DNA of 64,000 nt, taken from positions 124,001 through 188,000 of the forward strand of contig AP039701.1 in NCBI GenBank assembly GCA_051599415.1, in the 5' to 3' direction. The notes beneath the pieces are model-generated. The model ran no database searches. It saw nothing but the letters and a program-made list of their open reading frames with translations, and was not told the origin of the DNA. Each line of letters begins with the position of its first letter. The first letter of the stretch is position 1. The translations under genes were made by a program, and so were the position numbers. This DNA is from Savitreella phatthalungensis. Lineage: Eukaryota. This document shows, piece by piece, positions 22,291 through 34,068 of this stretch.

Positions 22291-23031
22291 ATGCTACCGA
22301 CGATGAGAATTCGGATAGCGTCAGTTCCTCTCACATGTCGTGCTCTGACGACATCTGCACGGCTTCGCAATGCCGGTGATACTATCTCTCAGGGCACACA
22401 GACACAGTCGGCTGCAAACCCATCAGTAGTGGGAGATGGGCCCCTTCGGCGTCTGCCAACCACACCGCTTGGTCGCGTGAGACAGCGTGCCGGCACGAGT
22501 GCTCCCGATGCTTCCGCTTCCAACGCAAACGCACCACTACCGACGGGCAAGACCACAGTCGTCGCAGAACCGCTTGTGGACCCGGGACAGTACCACCTTC
22601 ACTGCCTGACGACACACTCGAACACGCGGATTACGCTGACGAATCACGCTCACGAGGTGGTGATGTGGACGAGTGCTGGCGTGTGTGGGTTCAAGAAGGC
22701 TCAGCGGGGTGGGTTTGAGGCTGGGTTCCGCGCGATGTGCAACATCCTCGAGCGGATGCGTGAGAAGGAGGATTCCGACGCCGCACGCGCTGCAAAGGAG
22801 CGTGCTGAACCAAACCGCGTCAACAAGGTCGCAGCCAACAAGCGCAGGCCACCGTTCCGTCCACGCAACATCGACCTCATCCTCTCCGAGTTCGGCGTCG
22901 GCAGGGAGGCAGTCACAAAGGCACTCCTCGGCGTAGAAGGCAACAGGTACAGACCACTCATCAGACAGCTCATCGATACTACACCGATCAGGTTCGGCGG
23001 CGTTCGTCCTCGCGCGGTCAGGCGATTGTGA
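22291..23031 (+). CDS. MRPS18: Mitochondrial ribosomal protein uS11m
   Basis: Presequence-like N-terminus; NTRITLT, SAGxxGFKKAQRG, DTTPIRFGGVRP. Confidence 0.88.
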   Translation: MLPTMRIRIASVPLTCRALTTSARLRNAGDTISQGTQTQSAANPSVVGDGPLRRLPTTPLGRVRQRAGTSAPDASASNANAPLPTGKTTVVAEPLVDPGQYHLHCLTTHSNTRITLTNHAHEVVMWTSAGVCGFKKAQRGGFEAGFRAMCNILERMREKEDSDAARAAKERAEPNRVNKVAANKRRPPFRPRNIDLILSEFGVGREAVTKALLGVEGNRYRPLIRQLIDTTPIRFGGVRPRAVRRL

Positions 23032-23178
23032 GTATATCGTCTGAGCCGAAAATAATCACGATTCATCACTGTCGACGTCCCATCCAAAACATATTGTCCT
23101 CCCACCTAGCACACACCACGTACGTGCATGCATGTATTCATCTATCGTCATTGCATCATCAGGCATCGTAGCTGCAGG

Positions 23179-24363
23179 TCATTCGTCGTCGCTACCGTAG
23201 TCCAATTGTAGTCCATGCTTCCGGTTCGAGTCTGCAGATTTTGTAGAGCGTAATGCTTCAAGCGCTGCCAGCGTTCGACCATTGATGAGCGCGTTTCCAT
23301 CCGAGGGTATCTTCAAGTGTGCTTCCGGTGCATCGTCTGCCTGCTCGATTGTCTTCTGCGGCGCGGGACGACCTACCGGATTGATAGCGTGCTCGCCCCG
23401 CTGGTACCACAGCTCGTCCGTCGGCTGGTATCCATCTAGTCCAAAGTCAAGTCGTTTCTGCTTCTTGTCCGTCTTCCCCTCGAGCTCATCCACAAACTCC
23501 TGGGGGAGGGCGCGACGAATAGCAGCGGCTGCCTGTTCTTCAGTACGCTTCGCGTCGCGTGCTGCTGCAGCTGGATTTGGGTCTTGAGTCGCCCACTTGA
23601 CGTTCAAGGTCTCGCCGTTACCGAGCGTCTGGTTGTGCATGGCCTCCTTGGCAAACTCGGCAGAAGCCACGTTTGCATACGTCACAAACGCGACACCTCG
23701 ACCATTCAAGATTCGGATCCGCTCAACGTCACCCCAGACAGTGAATTGCGTCGATACCTGCTCCTCGACTGCATCGCCAATTGTGATTCTTCCAACATAA
23801 AGTGTGTGATTCTGGCGGAGGAACGAGCCGACGCCACCCATATCATCGCGGTAGTCTGCGTGCTTGTCGCGACCGAAGCAGTCGACGTTGGGCGGGAAGA
23901 TATCTGTGGCGCGCGGTATCCGGTGGAGGAACTTGCATTCAGGTCCCTCTGCACAGCAGCCGCGCGCAAAATACAGGCAGAAGTATGTCGCTCCAGCGAC
24001 CACACCTGCCCGGTCAGCTTGCGTCCATCCTGAATCTCTCGCAGGATTACACCGCGTCTCCGCCGGAACACCACCCTGTGCAGCAGGATCCCATCGATCA
24101 CCACCTGACCACTGACCGTACCAGATATTGAAGACCTGGCCCGTTTGCGCGGGCAGCTCGGTCGCAGACTTGCGCTCGTCGACTTGACGTCTCGCAGGTC
24201 GGCGCTTCCGCTTTGTCGATGTCGTTAAAGCGCCTGCATCGTCCGCAGGTTTGGTCACAGGGACAACGTCCGTATACCGCTTCCCTTTCGGTATGGCTTC
24301 AATGACGGTTCCTCCGCTGCTGCTGCCATTGCCGACGATCGCCGACACAGCCGGCTGCGCCAT
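23179..24363 (-). CDS. CWC2: Pre-mRNA splicing factor Cwc2 (CCCH zinc finger + RRM)
   Basis: RPARRQ, FNIWY, FCLYFARGCC, DCFGRDKHADYRDDMGGVG, AEFAKEAM. Confidence 0.95.
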   Translation of the reverse strand: MAQPAVSAIVGNGSSSGGTVIEAIPKGKRYTDVVPVTKPADDAGALTTSTKRKRRPARRQVDERKSATELPAQTGQVFNIWYGQWSGGDRWDPAAQGGVPAETRCNPARDSGWTQADRAGVVAGATYFCLYFARGCCAEGPECKFLHRIPRATDIFPPNVDCFGRDKHADYRDDMGGVGSFLRQNHTLYVGRITIGDAVEEQVSTQFTVWGDVERIRILNGRGVAFVTYANVASAEFAKEAMHNQTLGNGETLNVKWATQDPNPAAAARDAKRTEEQAAAAIRRALPQEFVDELEGKTDKKQKRLDFGLDGYQPTDELWYQRGEHAINPVGRPAPQKTIEQADDAPEAHLKIPSDGNALINGRTLAALEALRSTKSADSNRKHGLQLDYGSDDE

Positions 24364-24673
24364 AACCACAAGTATAGACTCTCGATTCCTAGCAACCCTA
24401 TGGTAGGCCAACGTCCCTTCAGCTGTGGTTTAGGTCAGCCGTAGATGCTGAGGTGGATATGCTCGGCTGTAGGTCGCCTGTAGATCGGTTCCTGTGTATT
24501 GCGAGTCCTCCACATTTCTAATGCGTGACTAGATCCAATTACCCGAAGCATGCATGCATGAATCATGCGCATGCCTGCCGTACGAGTATGATCAATCTAG
24601 TGCAAGTCTATGTACATGTGGAGTCAGAGCCCTCATCCCACCATCAGGGTACACTGTAGTACAGCTTCTCACC

Positions 24674-24680
24674 TATAAAG
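24674..24680 (+). promoter_or_regulatory. Putative TATA box (TATAAAG) ~70 nt upstream of peptidase ATG
   Basis: Consensus match at a plausible position. Confidence 0.5.
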
Positions 24681-24743
24681 AGGGCAGTCCCCTTCCACCA
24701 CTGGCTCGAAAGAGACCCTGATCATTGAGTCAGTCATTTGATC

Positions 24744-26528
24744 ATGGAGAAGTATGCTCTTGACGTACGGGAAGAGCGCGCGCAGAAACATTTACGACCG
24801 TATCGGAGCCGCAAAGGACGTCTCGTTCTTCTGCTCATCTCAGTAGCCAGCTTGGCTCACACGAGCTATATTGCCTACAATGCAGCTCAGAAAGGTGTCT
24901 TTGCGCCTCTTGGTCTGCACGGATGGAGCACATCGCCTAACGTCCATCAGTATAGTGGCGAACATATCAAGTGGACGGAGTGCGGCGAGGCGGCAGGAAA
25001 GAAGCTCGAGTGCAGTGAGCTTGACGTGCCGATGGACCAGTTCAACCAGACGCTGTCCGGGGACAAGACATTCAATCTGAAGCTGATTCGTTTGCGCGGC
25101 AACAAGGACGCCACGAAGAACATCCTGCTGAACCCAGGAGGCCCTGGTGGCAGCGGTGTAGGTTTCCTGGCAGCTCGAGCAGAGCAGCTGACCAAGCTCG
25201 TTGGAGACAACTACCACCTGCTTTCATTTGACCCGCGCGGCATCAACGGCTCGTCCCCTAGAGCCGTGTGTGGGGCGTCCGTGGAGGAGCGCAAGTCGCA
25301 CCCGGCTGCACATCAGGTCGACGCTGTTGCTGACAGTGGTGAGTCGTACGCGTGGGCGAGTACATTCGTGCGCGCGTGCGAGGACAACCTAGGCGAGTAC
25401 GGCAAATACATCAATACGCCGCAGACGGCAGCCGACATGAACACCATCCTCGACGCAATCGGCCAGGACAACCTCTGGTACTGGGGATTCAGCTATGGCA
25501 CGACCTTGGGCCAGACCTATGCCCAGCTATTCCCAGATCGAGCGGAGCGCGTCATCATCGATGGCGTCTCGAATCAGAAGGACTGGTACAATCTCAAAAT
25601 TCAGACGGAGGAGTTGGTCGACCAGGAGCGTGTGCTGACGGGCTTCGTTGACGAGTGTGTGAAGGCAGGGGAGGACTGCAAATTGAATCAGCTCGGTCTC
25701 TCAGCGACAGAATTGCGCAAAGTCATTGTTGAATCTGTGACCAAATTGAAAGTCGACCCGATGCCGATCTACGTGAACGAAACGACCTATGGAAGCCTAA
25801 CATACTACATGGCTGCCACCAACGCTATCTTCTCAGCCCTGTACAAACCGGCAAAGTGGTACGAGCTCGCGGACAAAATGACGTCCTTCCTTCGTGGCAA
25901 CGGTACAGACCTCTGGCTAGCCAATCGAGCACAATGGTTCGATCCCGGGGACGACTCGACCGAGATCGTCATGTTCAACGACGGGCCGTCCGGCGAGAAG
26001 TACTGGTCGCAGAGTCGATTGTCCCTGTTGGAGGATCTCGAGCCGGTCATCAAGAACAATACCTTCTTCCAGCACGGGGTCGCATTCGAGTACTACCCGA
26101 AGCAGCAATGGCGTCTGCCAAAAATTCACGCCTTCAAACCCCGTGACCACGTCCACACACGCCACCCACTCCTGATCCTGTCGACAACGTACGACCCGAT
26201 CTGCCCGCTCGTGTCGGCGCGTGCAGCGAATGAGATGTTTGAAGGATCGCGACTGCTGGAGCTCAAGGCGTTTGGCCACTGCACGATCGCGATGCCGTCT
26301 GTGTGTGTGGCGAAGCACGTGCAGCGATTCTTCGCCACGGGAGCCCTGCCTGAGCGCGGAGCACAGTGTGAAGTCGATGGCCCGTACTTCGTCAAGCCAG
26401 AGGACCAGATGCAGCCGAGAATCTCAACAGCAGACGGCACGATCAATGCAGAAGAGATGGCCATTCACATGGCACAGGTGGCGCTCTCACACGACACCGG
26501 TATCATCCCGAGACAGGAATGGCGCTGA
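24744..26528 (+). CDS. Alpha/beta hydrolase, tripeptidyl-aminopeptidase (TAP)-like
   Basis: NPGGPGGSG, FDPRG, GFSYG nucleophile elbow, DP, GHC; N-terminal TM. Confidence 0.88.
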   Translation: MEKYALDVREERAQKHLRPYRSRKGRLVLLLISVASLAHTSYIAYNAAQKGVFAPLGLHGWSTSPNVHQYSGEHIKWTECGEAAGKKLECSELDVPMDQFNQTLSGDKTFNLKLIRLRGNKDATKNILLNPGGPGGSGVGFLAARAEQLTKLVGDNYHLLSFDPRGINGSSPRAVCGASVEERKSHPAAHQVDAVADSGESYAWASTFVRACEDNLGEYGKYINTPQTAADMNTILDAIGQDNLWYWGFSYGTTLGQTYAQLFPDRAERVIIDGVSNQKDWYNLKIQTEELVDQERVLTGFVDECVKAGEDCKLNQLGLSATELRKVIVESVTKLKVDPMPIYVNETTYGSLTYYMAATNAIFSALYKPAKWYELADKMTSFLRGNGTDLWLANRAQWFDPGDDSTEIVMFNDGPSGEKYWSQSRLSLLEDLEPVIKNNTFFQHGVAFEYYPKQQWRLPKIHAFKPRDHVHTRHPLLILSTTYDPICPLVSARAANEMFEGSRLLELKAFGHCTIAMPSVCVAKHVQRFFATGALPERGAQCEVDGPYFVKPEDQMQPRISTADGTINAEEMAIHMAQVALSHDTGIIPRQEWR

Positions 26529-27114
26529 TAGTAGTCATGCACGGATAGACTCAGGTCAGGCGAGACGGCACTCCGATGAAGTTTTGGCAGCGTTGGAACT
26601 CCACTCGTCGAGTGATCAACTCAGAAACAGCGAGTACAAGCACTCATCGTGTCACCACAACACCATTCACTGGATGTCATGCAATGCACGTACGTGGATA
26701 TGTGCTCGCTCGAGCAATCCAACATCAGACATTCCGCGTGATTATTACGCCATGCATCTTAGATAATTGAATTAGATTCGAATTGGACTGTGCTTATTCA
26801 GCCTTCGCCTCGCCTTTAATTTTCGAGTATCAACTTTTAGAAAACAATTGAAAGTCCAAATTCCGACTTGTATAGATCGACTCGAATTATTAGAACTTAA
26901 GGCATTAAAATATACACTGGCATGTCCACAGAAAACACGTGCAAACAGCGTGGTAGATCAGACAAAAAGAGAAAGAATTCCACCACGCTTCAACTCCAAC
27001 ACACCGACGTACTACCCACCATCACCTTCTACCAATCCCTCGACTTCTATCGCTACTAGAGAGACCTCTGCCACTGTGACTCTTTGGGTGCTATCGATCA
27101 TACATACACAAGTG

Positions 27115-28551
27115 ATGCGCTCGTCTCTGCTCAGAAGCGCAATCCGTGCAAGCGCAAGGGCCAGCGCTAGACCTTCTGCAATCCGCGCCTATGTCACTCC
27201 ATCACGCGCTGCAAACGCCACACCAGTCGGCAACGTCTCCGTAAATAACAAGAGCGCCGCGCTGGATGGTGGCACAACCCTTGACCAGGCAGAATTTCTG
27301 GCAAACCATTCGGTCAGCAAGGATGAATCTGTCGTTGGCGCACCTGCACAGCGACCCATCTACCTCGATATGCAAGCAACCACCCCAATCGATCCTCGGG
27401 TCAACGACAAGATGATGCCATACTTCCTGATGGGATATGGCAACCCGCACTCCCGCACGCACTGGTACGGCTGGGAGGCCGAGAAGGCAGTAGAAGAGGC
27501 ACGAAAGGAGGTTGCCTCGCTCATTGGAGCAGATCCAAAGGAGATCATCTTCACCTCCGGCGCAACAGAGTCAAACAACATGATCATCAAGGGTGTCGCT
27601 CGCTTCTACGGCGGCAAGAAGAAGCACATCATCACCACACAAACAGAGCACAAGTGTGTGCTCGATTCCTGCCGTGTGCTCCAGGATGAAGGCTTCGACG
27701 TTACATACCTGCCAGTCGGCACCAACGGACTCGTCGACATGCAGCAACTCGAGGCAGCAATTCGTCCAGACACCGCACTCGTCTCCATCATGACTGTCAA
27801 CAACGAGATTGGTGTCATGCAGCCAGTCGACGAGATTGGCAAGCTGTGTCGCTCCAAGAAGGTATTCTTCCACACCGATGCAGCCCAGGCTGTTGGCAAG
27901 GTTCCCGTCGACGTGAACAAGTCAAATATCGACCTCATGTCCATCTCGGGCCACAAGATCTACGGCCCGAAGGGTATTGGTGCAGCATACATTCGCCGCA
28001 GACCGCGTGTGCGTATCGAGCCACTTATCAATGGTGGCGGTCAGGAGCGTGGTCTTCGATCAGGCACGCTCGCCACGCCACTCATCGTTGGCTTCGGTGA
28101 GGCCTGCAGGCTCGCCCGCACAGAGATCGACTACGATCACAAGCACGTGTCGGAGCTCTCGGAGCGTCTCCTCGCAGGTCTGCTCGCCCTCCCTCACACA
28201 GTGAGAAACGGTGACCCGAAGGCGACATACCCGGGATGCGTGAACGTCTCTTTCGCCTACGTCGAGGGAGAATCCCTGCTGATGGCTCTCAAGGACATTG
28301 CTCTGTCTTCCGGCAGCGCATGCACCTCTGCCTCGCTCGAGCCCTCATACGTTCTCCACGCCCTCGGCGCAGACGACGACATGGCACACTCCTCCATCCG
28401 ATTCGGCATCGGTCGCTTCACCACAAAGGAGGAAGTCGATTTCGTTGTCAACAAGGTCACCAACAAGGTCGACTTCCTTCGTGAGCTCTCCCCACTCTGG
28501 GAAATGGTCCAAGAAGGCATCGACCTTAAGACCATCCAGTGGTCCGGATAG
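27115..28551 (+). CDS. NFS1: Mitochondrial cysteine desulfurase
   Basis: [28 protein letters not shown] (PLP Lys), [14 protein letters not shown]; Arg/Ser/Ala-rich presequence from ATG 27115. Confidence 0.97.
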   Translation: MRSSLLRSAIRASARASARPSAIRAYVTPSRAANATPVGNVSVNNKSAALDGGTTLDQAEFLANHSVSKDESVVGAPAQRPIYLDMQATTPIDPRVNDKMMPYFLMGYGNPHSRTHWYGWEAEKAVEEARKEVASLIGADPKEIIFTSGATESNNMIIKGVARFYGGKKKHIITTQTEHKCVLDSCRVLQDEGFDVTYLPVGTNGLVDMQQLEAAIRPDTALVSIMTVNNEIGVMQPVDEIGKLCRSKKVFFHTDAAQAVGKVPVDVNKSNIDLMSISGHKIYGPKGIGAAYIRRRPRVRIEPLINGGGQERGLRSGTLATPLIVGFGEACRLARTEIDYDHKHVSELSERLLAGLLALPHTVRNGDPKATYPGCVNVSFAYVEGESLLMALKDIALSSGSACTSASLEPSYVLHALGADDDMAHSSIRFGIGRFTTKEEVDFVVNKVTNKVDFLRELSPLWEMVQEGIDLKTIQWSG

Positions 28552-28799
28552 ATCTCACATCTCAATCTTCAACCTTCCACCTTCTGTAGATCCTCTGATC
28601 AAGAGACGAATGACCTTATATGCTTTGATTTCACACCCACATTACCTTGAACGATCTAGCATGACATTATTGCAAACCCTCGATGATGCGTTTGACCTAA
28701 TTAGGAAAGTTCAGAATATGAATTTATGTGCCTGGACATCCATCAACACGACAAGTTGTCCTCTATAGATCCTCTCAATCTTGCTACTCGGTAGCTCAC

Positions 28800-30098
28800 A
28801 TGGCTGACAAGGCTGTGCAGACGATTGCTGAACCTCTTCCGGAGAAGCCGCAATCAGAGACCGCGCCTGCACCATCCGCCGCTTTTGACGACGAGGACGA
28901 CGATGAGGACTCGATCACGCCAGAGCAAGTCGCCGTGAACGAGAAACTCCTATCGCGTTGTCTGGCGCTGGACCTGACCGGGATCAGGACGCTCTTGGAC
29001 AAGCTAGATGCGGACGCCTGGTGGCAGGATCAGACGACCTGTGAATCATGCCTGCATGCCGTCATCCGGGGTCTCCACCTCGTCCGGACTACCTCTGCGA
29101 CCACCATCGCCGACGCCGAATCGACCGCACGCGAGTGCCTGTCGGTGCTGCTGGCGGAGGGCGCTGTGTGGTATGCCCCGTGTGGGCGGGGTGAGACGCC
29201 TGGGTGCTTGGCCCGGCGGTTAGGTGAGGGGGTGCTGTACAAGACGATCGTCGACGCTGGCGTTCGCGCTGAACTACTCCTCCGTGCGCTATCCACCCGG
29301 ACCCCCACGGCAACGCCCAACCCGCAGACCTACCTCAACGCACCGGTCACCTACACCACGCCCCTCCAGGACACCCACACACTCCTCGACAGCGACGGCA
29401 ACGCAGTCATGATGTCCTGGGAGACCCCGATCATGGAACGGTCTGCTGCGCTGCTGTTTTCGAGTGTGAGGGGAGAGGTGGGGGGAGTGGTGTTGAATAT
29501 CGGGTTTGGATTGGGGATCATCGACTCGATTATCCAGGAACAGCACTCGCCAGCACTCCATATCATCGTCGAGGCACACCCGGACGTCCTGCACAAGATG
29601 CGAGCGACTGGGTGGATGGAGAGGCCGTCGGTGGTGGTGCTGGAAGGACGTTGGCAGGATCACGTTGAGTCGATCGGTCGAGTGCTTGGGGAACGTGGAG
29701 AAGAGGTGTTGCTCGATGGGATTTACTATGATCCGTTCGGTGAAAGCTTCGATGACTTCTTGTCGTTCGCAGACCAGGTTGTCACACCTTTCCTCAGACC
29801 ACCAGCAGATACAACAGATCTAGGAGGCACATTCTCATTTTTCAATGGCTTCGGTGCCGATAGACAGACCTTCTACGATGTCTACCTCCAGGTCACACAA
29901 ATCGAGCTGCTAGAGTACGGTCTCGGTGTCGAGTACGAGATGCTCGATGGAGAAGCTCTTCCGCAGAACGCAGGCCGCAGCGTCGGTAACAAAGACGAGC
30001 CTGTGGCTGGCGATATCTGGAAAGGAACTAGCCGGAAGTACTGGGACATTCCAGGAGGATACCAGTTGCCGACTGTACGATTCACCCCTCCTGCTTGA
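28800..30098 (+). CDS. RMT2: Protein arginine N-methyltransferase 2
   Basis: ETPGCLA, VDAGVRAELL, VMMSWETPIM, LNIGFGLGIID, FSFFNGFGAD. Confidence 0.93.
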   Translation: MADKAVQTIAEPLPEKPQSETAPAPSAAFDDEDDDEDSITPEQVAVNEKLLSRCLALDLTGIRTLLDKLDADAWWQDQTTCESCLHAVIRGLHLVRTTSATTIADAESTARECLSVLLAEGAVWYAPCGRGETPGCLARRLGEGVLYKTIVDAGVRAELLLRALSTRTPTATPNPQTYLNAPVTYTTPLQDTHTLLDSDGNAVMMSWETPIMERSAALLFSSVRGEVGGVVLNIGFGLGIIDSIIQEQHSPALHIIVEAHPDVLHKMRATGWMERPSVVVLEGRWQDHVESIGRVLGERGEEVLLDGIYYDPFGESFDDFLSFADQVVTPFLRPPADTTDLGGTFSFFNGFGADRQTFYDVYLQVTQIELLEYGLGVEYEMLDGEALPQNAGRSVGNKDEPVAGDIWKGTSRKYWDIPGGYQLPTVRFTPPA

Positions 30099-30147
30099 AT
30101 CCTGCTGGGAGAATACTGCATTATATCATATCGTGTAATTTCTTTGA

Positions 30148-31074
30148 TCAACGCTTGACCCAGGTGTATCCCTTGCGTGCTTTCGGTCGTCCTGGCTTCT
30201 TGCGTTCGACGCGACGCGGGTCGCTTGTGATGCAGCCTGCTTTGCGGAGGATCGGTTTGAGGTCTGGTTCGTGGACTATGAGTGCCCGTGCGAGTGCGAG
30301 CTTGAGTGCACCTGCTTGTCCTGAGTGACCGCCACCATCGGCGTATGCCCACACGTTGTACTTGTTCGCTCGCCCTCCCACAAACAGCGGCAGCGTCACC
30401 TGCTCGCGATCACTCACCTTCGGGAAAACCTCATTCAGCCGCAGACCGTTCACAAACACCTCTCCCTCACCGGGCACACACCAAACGCGACCTGTCGACT
30501 CCTTCCGCCGACCAAGACCAAGCGATCTACCAAAAGCATCGACTGTGCGAACGTTACGCTCCTTGTCGAGGGCGACACGTTGCCTTGTGAAGAGTGCCAT
30601 GGTTTCTGCGACGTCTGCGGGGAGGTGGTCGCGGTCGATTCTGTTGAGCTTGTTTAGAAGTTCTGTCAGACGGCGATAGTCTGTTGGGCGAACGTGGGAA
30701 GTCGGATCGACCTCGTTCCGGTACTGCTCTACCGTTCGCCAGCTCGTCGGCGGGATGTCCTGCACGTGCTTGTATTCTGGCAGCCCTTTACACCGGCGTA
30801 CCAACGACTCGAGCGCTAGCAAGTTATCCTGGTAGACAGAGTTGCCAGTGAAGTATGAAGCACTGGCTGGTTTGAATCTGAAGAGCACTGACGGGTCATA
30901 CGATGCTGAGGAGGATGTAGGTTTGGAGGAAGTGGAGACGCCTGTAGACTTGGAAGGTGAAGAGGAAGAGAGGTTGCGTCTAGCGCTGGTGAGTGATGAG
31001 TCTGCAGCGGTCGTCAAGGGACGTGCAAGTGCCTTTGTAAGTGCCTTCTGTGTTGTCAGCCTTTTGCAAAGCAT
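30148..31074 (-). CDS. MRPS9: Mitochondrial ribosomal protein uS9m
   Basis: GRRKES, GGGHSGQAGA, DPRRVERKKPGRPKARKGYTWVKR. Confidence 0.95.
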   Translation of the reverse strand: MLCKRLTTQKALTKALARPLTTAADSSLTSARRNLSSSSPSKSTGVSTSSKPTSSSASYDPSVLFRFKPASASYFTGNSVYQDNLLALESLVRRCKGLPEYKHVQDIPPTSWRTVEQYRNEVDPTSHVRPTDYRRLTELLNKLNRIDRDHLPADVAETMALFTRQRVALDKERNVRTVDAFGRSLGLGRRKESTGRVWCVPGEGEVFVNGLRLNEVFPKVSDREQVTLPLFVGGRANKYNVWAYADGGGHSGQAGALKLALARALIVHEPDLKPILRKAGCITSDPRRVERKKPGRPKARKGYTWVKR

Positions 31075-31438
31075 CTCGAAGAGACCACGAGAGACTGTAT
31101 GAGTCTTGTGACTCTGTGAGCTGGACGTTCCTTTGGAGAAGGAGGATGATCGAAGTACGTACGTGCAAGGCGGTGGTTATAGTTGTACAATGTCTTCTCT
31201 CATTCACTTTGGACTTTTTCCTCCGTTGTGTGGCTTGAACCTCTGGATTATGAGGCTTTCACCTTGCTCAGATTGAACACTCACTGTACTCACTCACTCA
31301 CTCGTCTGTATGCGCGCGCAATCACCCGCAACAAACTCCATCCTCAACCTTCAACCATCACCCAGCAACCCTTACTCCTCCTCGCCCTCAAGAAGGGCAA
31401 GTTGATCGAGTCCATATCTACTCCTAAGCTTAATCGCC

Positions 31439-31858
31439 ATGTCATACGTTATCGCAGGACGCAAGATCCCAGCAGAGTACCTTTCAATCGGTACTCTGAC
31501 AACCTTCTTTGCAGGCGTCGGTTACGCCATGTCCGGCTCATCAAAGGCCACCATTGGTAGGTTTGCAACTGACCGTTCTCCCGGATACAAATACTGACCG
31601 TGTGTTTGTGCAACAGAGCAGAAGAAGGATGCTATTCCTCCGATCGAGACGACCGACAAGGACGAAGAGTCATTCATCCTGTAAGTGTCGTCATTCAGAC
31701 ACGCCTCTCGAGTGGAGCGCATCCAGCAAGGCGGTTCATCGCGAGCAGGCAGTACACGTACTTGAGCAAGAACGCTGACAATCCTTTTTATGTACAGGAA
31801 CTTCATCAAGGAGGAGGAAGAGAAGGCAAAGTCCATCAGCCCAGCTGCAGCACACTAG
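31439..31858 (+). CDS. ATP19: ATP synthase subunit k (80 aa); exons 31439-31556, 31617-31680, 31798-31858 (absent from ORF track)
   Basis: Spliced: MSYVIAGRKIPAEYLSIGTL..PPIETTDKDEESFILNFIKEEE..H*; canonical introns; exon lengths sum to 243 nt. Confidence 0.88.
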
Positions 31859-32402
31859 AAGACGCAATCTCTCCCTTTGGCAACGTCCCGGGAATAAAAG
31901 ACATTATGCCATGTCAACCCAGACGACCTTGTGCGTTATCCTTGGTCTCTATGACGCGCTTCACTATGATCATTGCCACGATTGTCGTACGATGTCTAAA
32001 TCTAGACCGTTTGCTGCACGAGAACATTCGAACCAGCCAAGTCCGGAGTTCCATGTCCGAGTGCGGTGACCCTGTTGATGACGCCCCCGATACCCTGGTG
32101 GCTTATCTCGAGACGGTTGCTTGCTTGTATGCGCGCGTGCATGCTTGATCACATGGCATCGCCGAAAGCCCTCGTGAAACACATCGATCGCTCCCGCGTC
32201 ATGTGAGGATGTGACCTCCAACATACCATAACGTACCGGCCTTGTCCTGTCCTGTTGTGTCCGCCTTCGCGGCTATCTTGATGACCCGTGCGCTGAGTAC
32301 AGGTGCAGCCTCTGTATTCCCACAGCGTCAAAGCGTAGTGGAGCATTTCGCCGCACAGACCGGTCATCGCCTTGCACAATTGACCTTGCATATCTTGCCT
32401 TC

Positions 32403-33517
32403 ATGGCCGCTCAGGAAGCTGCAGCTGCGACCGTGCGATCTTCTCACATCAACCTAGCTAGCTCGTTCTCGTCCGAGAGGATCAATGGACACAGTGCACA
32501 TGCCGGTGCGGCCACGTCCAACGACCTACGGCGTCCTGAAGACGGACTGCCTTCCGCGTCCTGGGGCATCGGCAGGGAAGCGATGCGAGCGCGTGTGGAC
32601 GCGGCGATGCTAGGACCCGTGAAGCAGCAACCCAGACGTACAGAGATACCGCGAGCGATAACGGATGAAGCAGACATCGACACTGACACTGCTCAGGCAG
32701 ATAACACGTCTGTTAGGATGATGCGGAAGGCGTCAACAGACAGCGGGAGATCCGTCGGCAAGAGTCTGCGTCGATGGGCAGCAGCGGTGGTGAGGGGAGC
32801 CAAAGTGAGTGTGCCGGTTGTAGGATCGACCGCGAAGCAGCAGTACATGCCGCTAGGTGACGACCCATGGTCTGGGCGAGCGGCGGCCGCTTTGGAGATC
32901 GACGATGGTGAGGATGTTCGGCGTGCACACAGGGCGCTGATGCAGACGCAGCAGCAGAGAGAGGTCGTCGAGACGACTGGCCCCGCACCGTTGCTTATAG
33001 ACACCCCAGCTCAGGTCAATCGTCCGGCTGTACGCACACGTCGAGCACTGACGATCGCAACGCCGCAGAATCACGATTTAAGACTGACAGTCGGCTCCTC
33101 AAAGGACGACAGCACGCCCCGGAGTGCACCCAGCACAGGCGTTCTCTCGACAGCGTCGATGTCACCTGCATCGATGAGTTTGCTGGCGCTGTACCCTGAC
33201 CTGACGAATCATCCCGACTTTGACGGTCGGAAGCTCGGTAAGATGAATGTGTATGCTCATGTCCAAGTATCAGACGACTGACACTTGATAATCCAGACCG
33301 ATTGCTCTGCCGGGGTGAAGATGAAGCCGGGATGGACTACCTGATGTCGCTTGTCGAGTCGGAAGACATGCCATGCCGTCACTCAGTCATCGGGACTGTC
33401 CTGCCACCAGGCAGAATGGCAACGAAGCCATCTATCCTCCAGACACACACGCTGTCGCCAATCCAGCAGAGCACGCCGGCGTCACCGGCGATCGAGTTGT
33501 TTGGGTATGCCACATGA
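32403..33517 (+). CDS. Hypothetical disordered protein; exons 32403-33237 and 33297-33517
   Basis: 292-aa ORF joined in frame to the 33302 ORF by a GTAAG..CTGAC..CAG intron; no recognised domain. Confidence 0.6.
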
Positions 33518-33606
33518 CGGCAACCCCGTAGCCATTTTTGATGACCCTTTCATGCAATCATCCAGATCCATTCTTGTGAGCAACTTTCAAGTAGTCGCGT
33601 GGCCTA

Positions 33607-34068
33607 TCACCTGCCTCTGCCGCGCTGGGAGAATCCTGTGCCTGTAGAATCTGGTCCTCGCGCTTGCCTTTGCGGCTTGTCGACTTTTGGTTGTGTATCG
33701 AGCTTAGGCGAAGGTGTACGAGTCTGTGATTCGGCGCCGAAGAGACGGTGTCTGGCTTCCTGGTACCGCTGCTCTCTGGCTGCGCCGGAATCGTTACGGG
33801 ATGCGCGCGCTGCCGCCTGCGCCTGACGCTCTGCTTCCTGCGGCGACGGTCCGCCGGCATCCCGGCGCAGGATCTTGACACTCGGCTTATACCCGATGCT
33901 AGGCGCCACAGCACCGTAGTCCACATCCTCTCGCGCATTCGCAGCCTCCCACACAGCCTTCGAAGACGTCGTCGTCCCAGATCGAGATTTCTCAGCATCC
34001 AATCCCTTAGAGCTCACGCCGGATGATCCAAAGTCATCGTTCCAGTCTTGCGACCAGGGGTCCGTCAT
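33607..34068 (-). CDS. SUZ / SUZ-C domain RNA-binding protein (SZRD1-like)
   Basis: KILRR, REQRYQEARHRLFG, RQARGPD..GF. Confidence 0.85.
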   Translation of the reverse strand: MTDPWSQDWNDDFGSSGVSSKGLDAEKSRSGTTTSSKAVWEAANAREDVDYGAVAPSIGYKPSVKILRRDAGGPSPQEAERQAQAAARASRNDSGAAREQRYQEARHRLFGAESQTRTPSPKLDTQPKVDKPQRQARGPDSTGTGFSQRGRGR

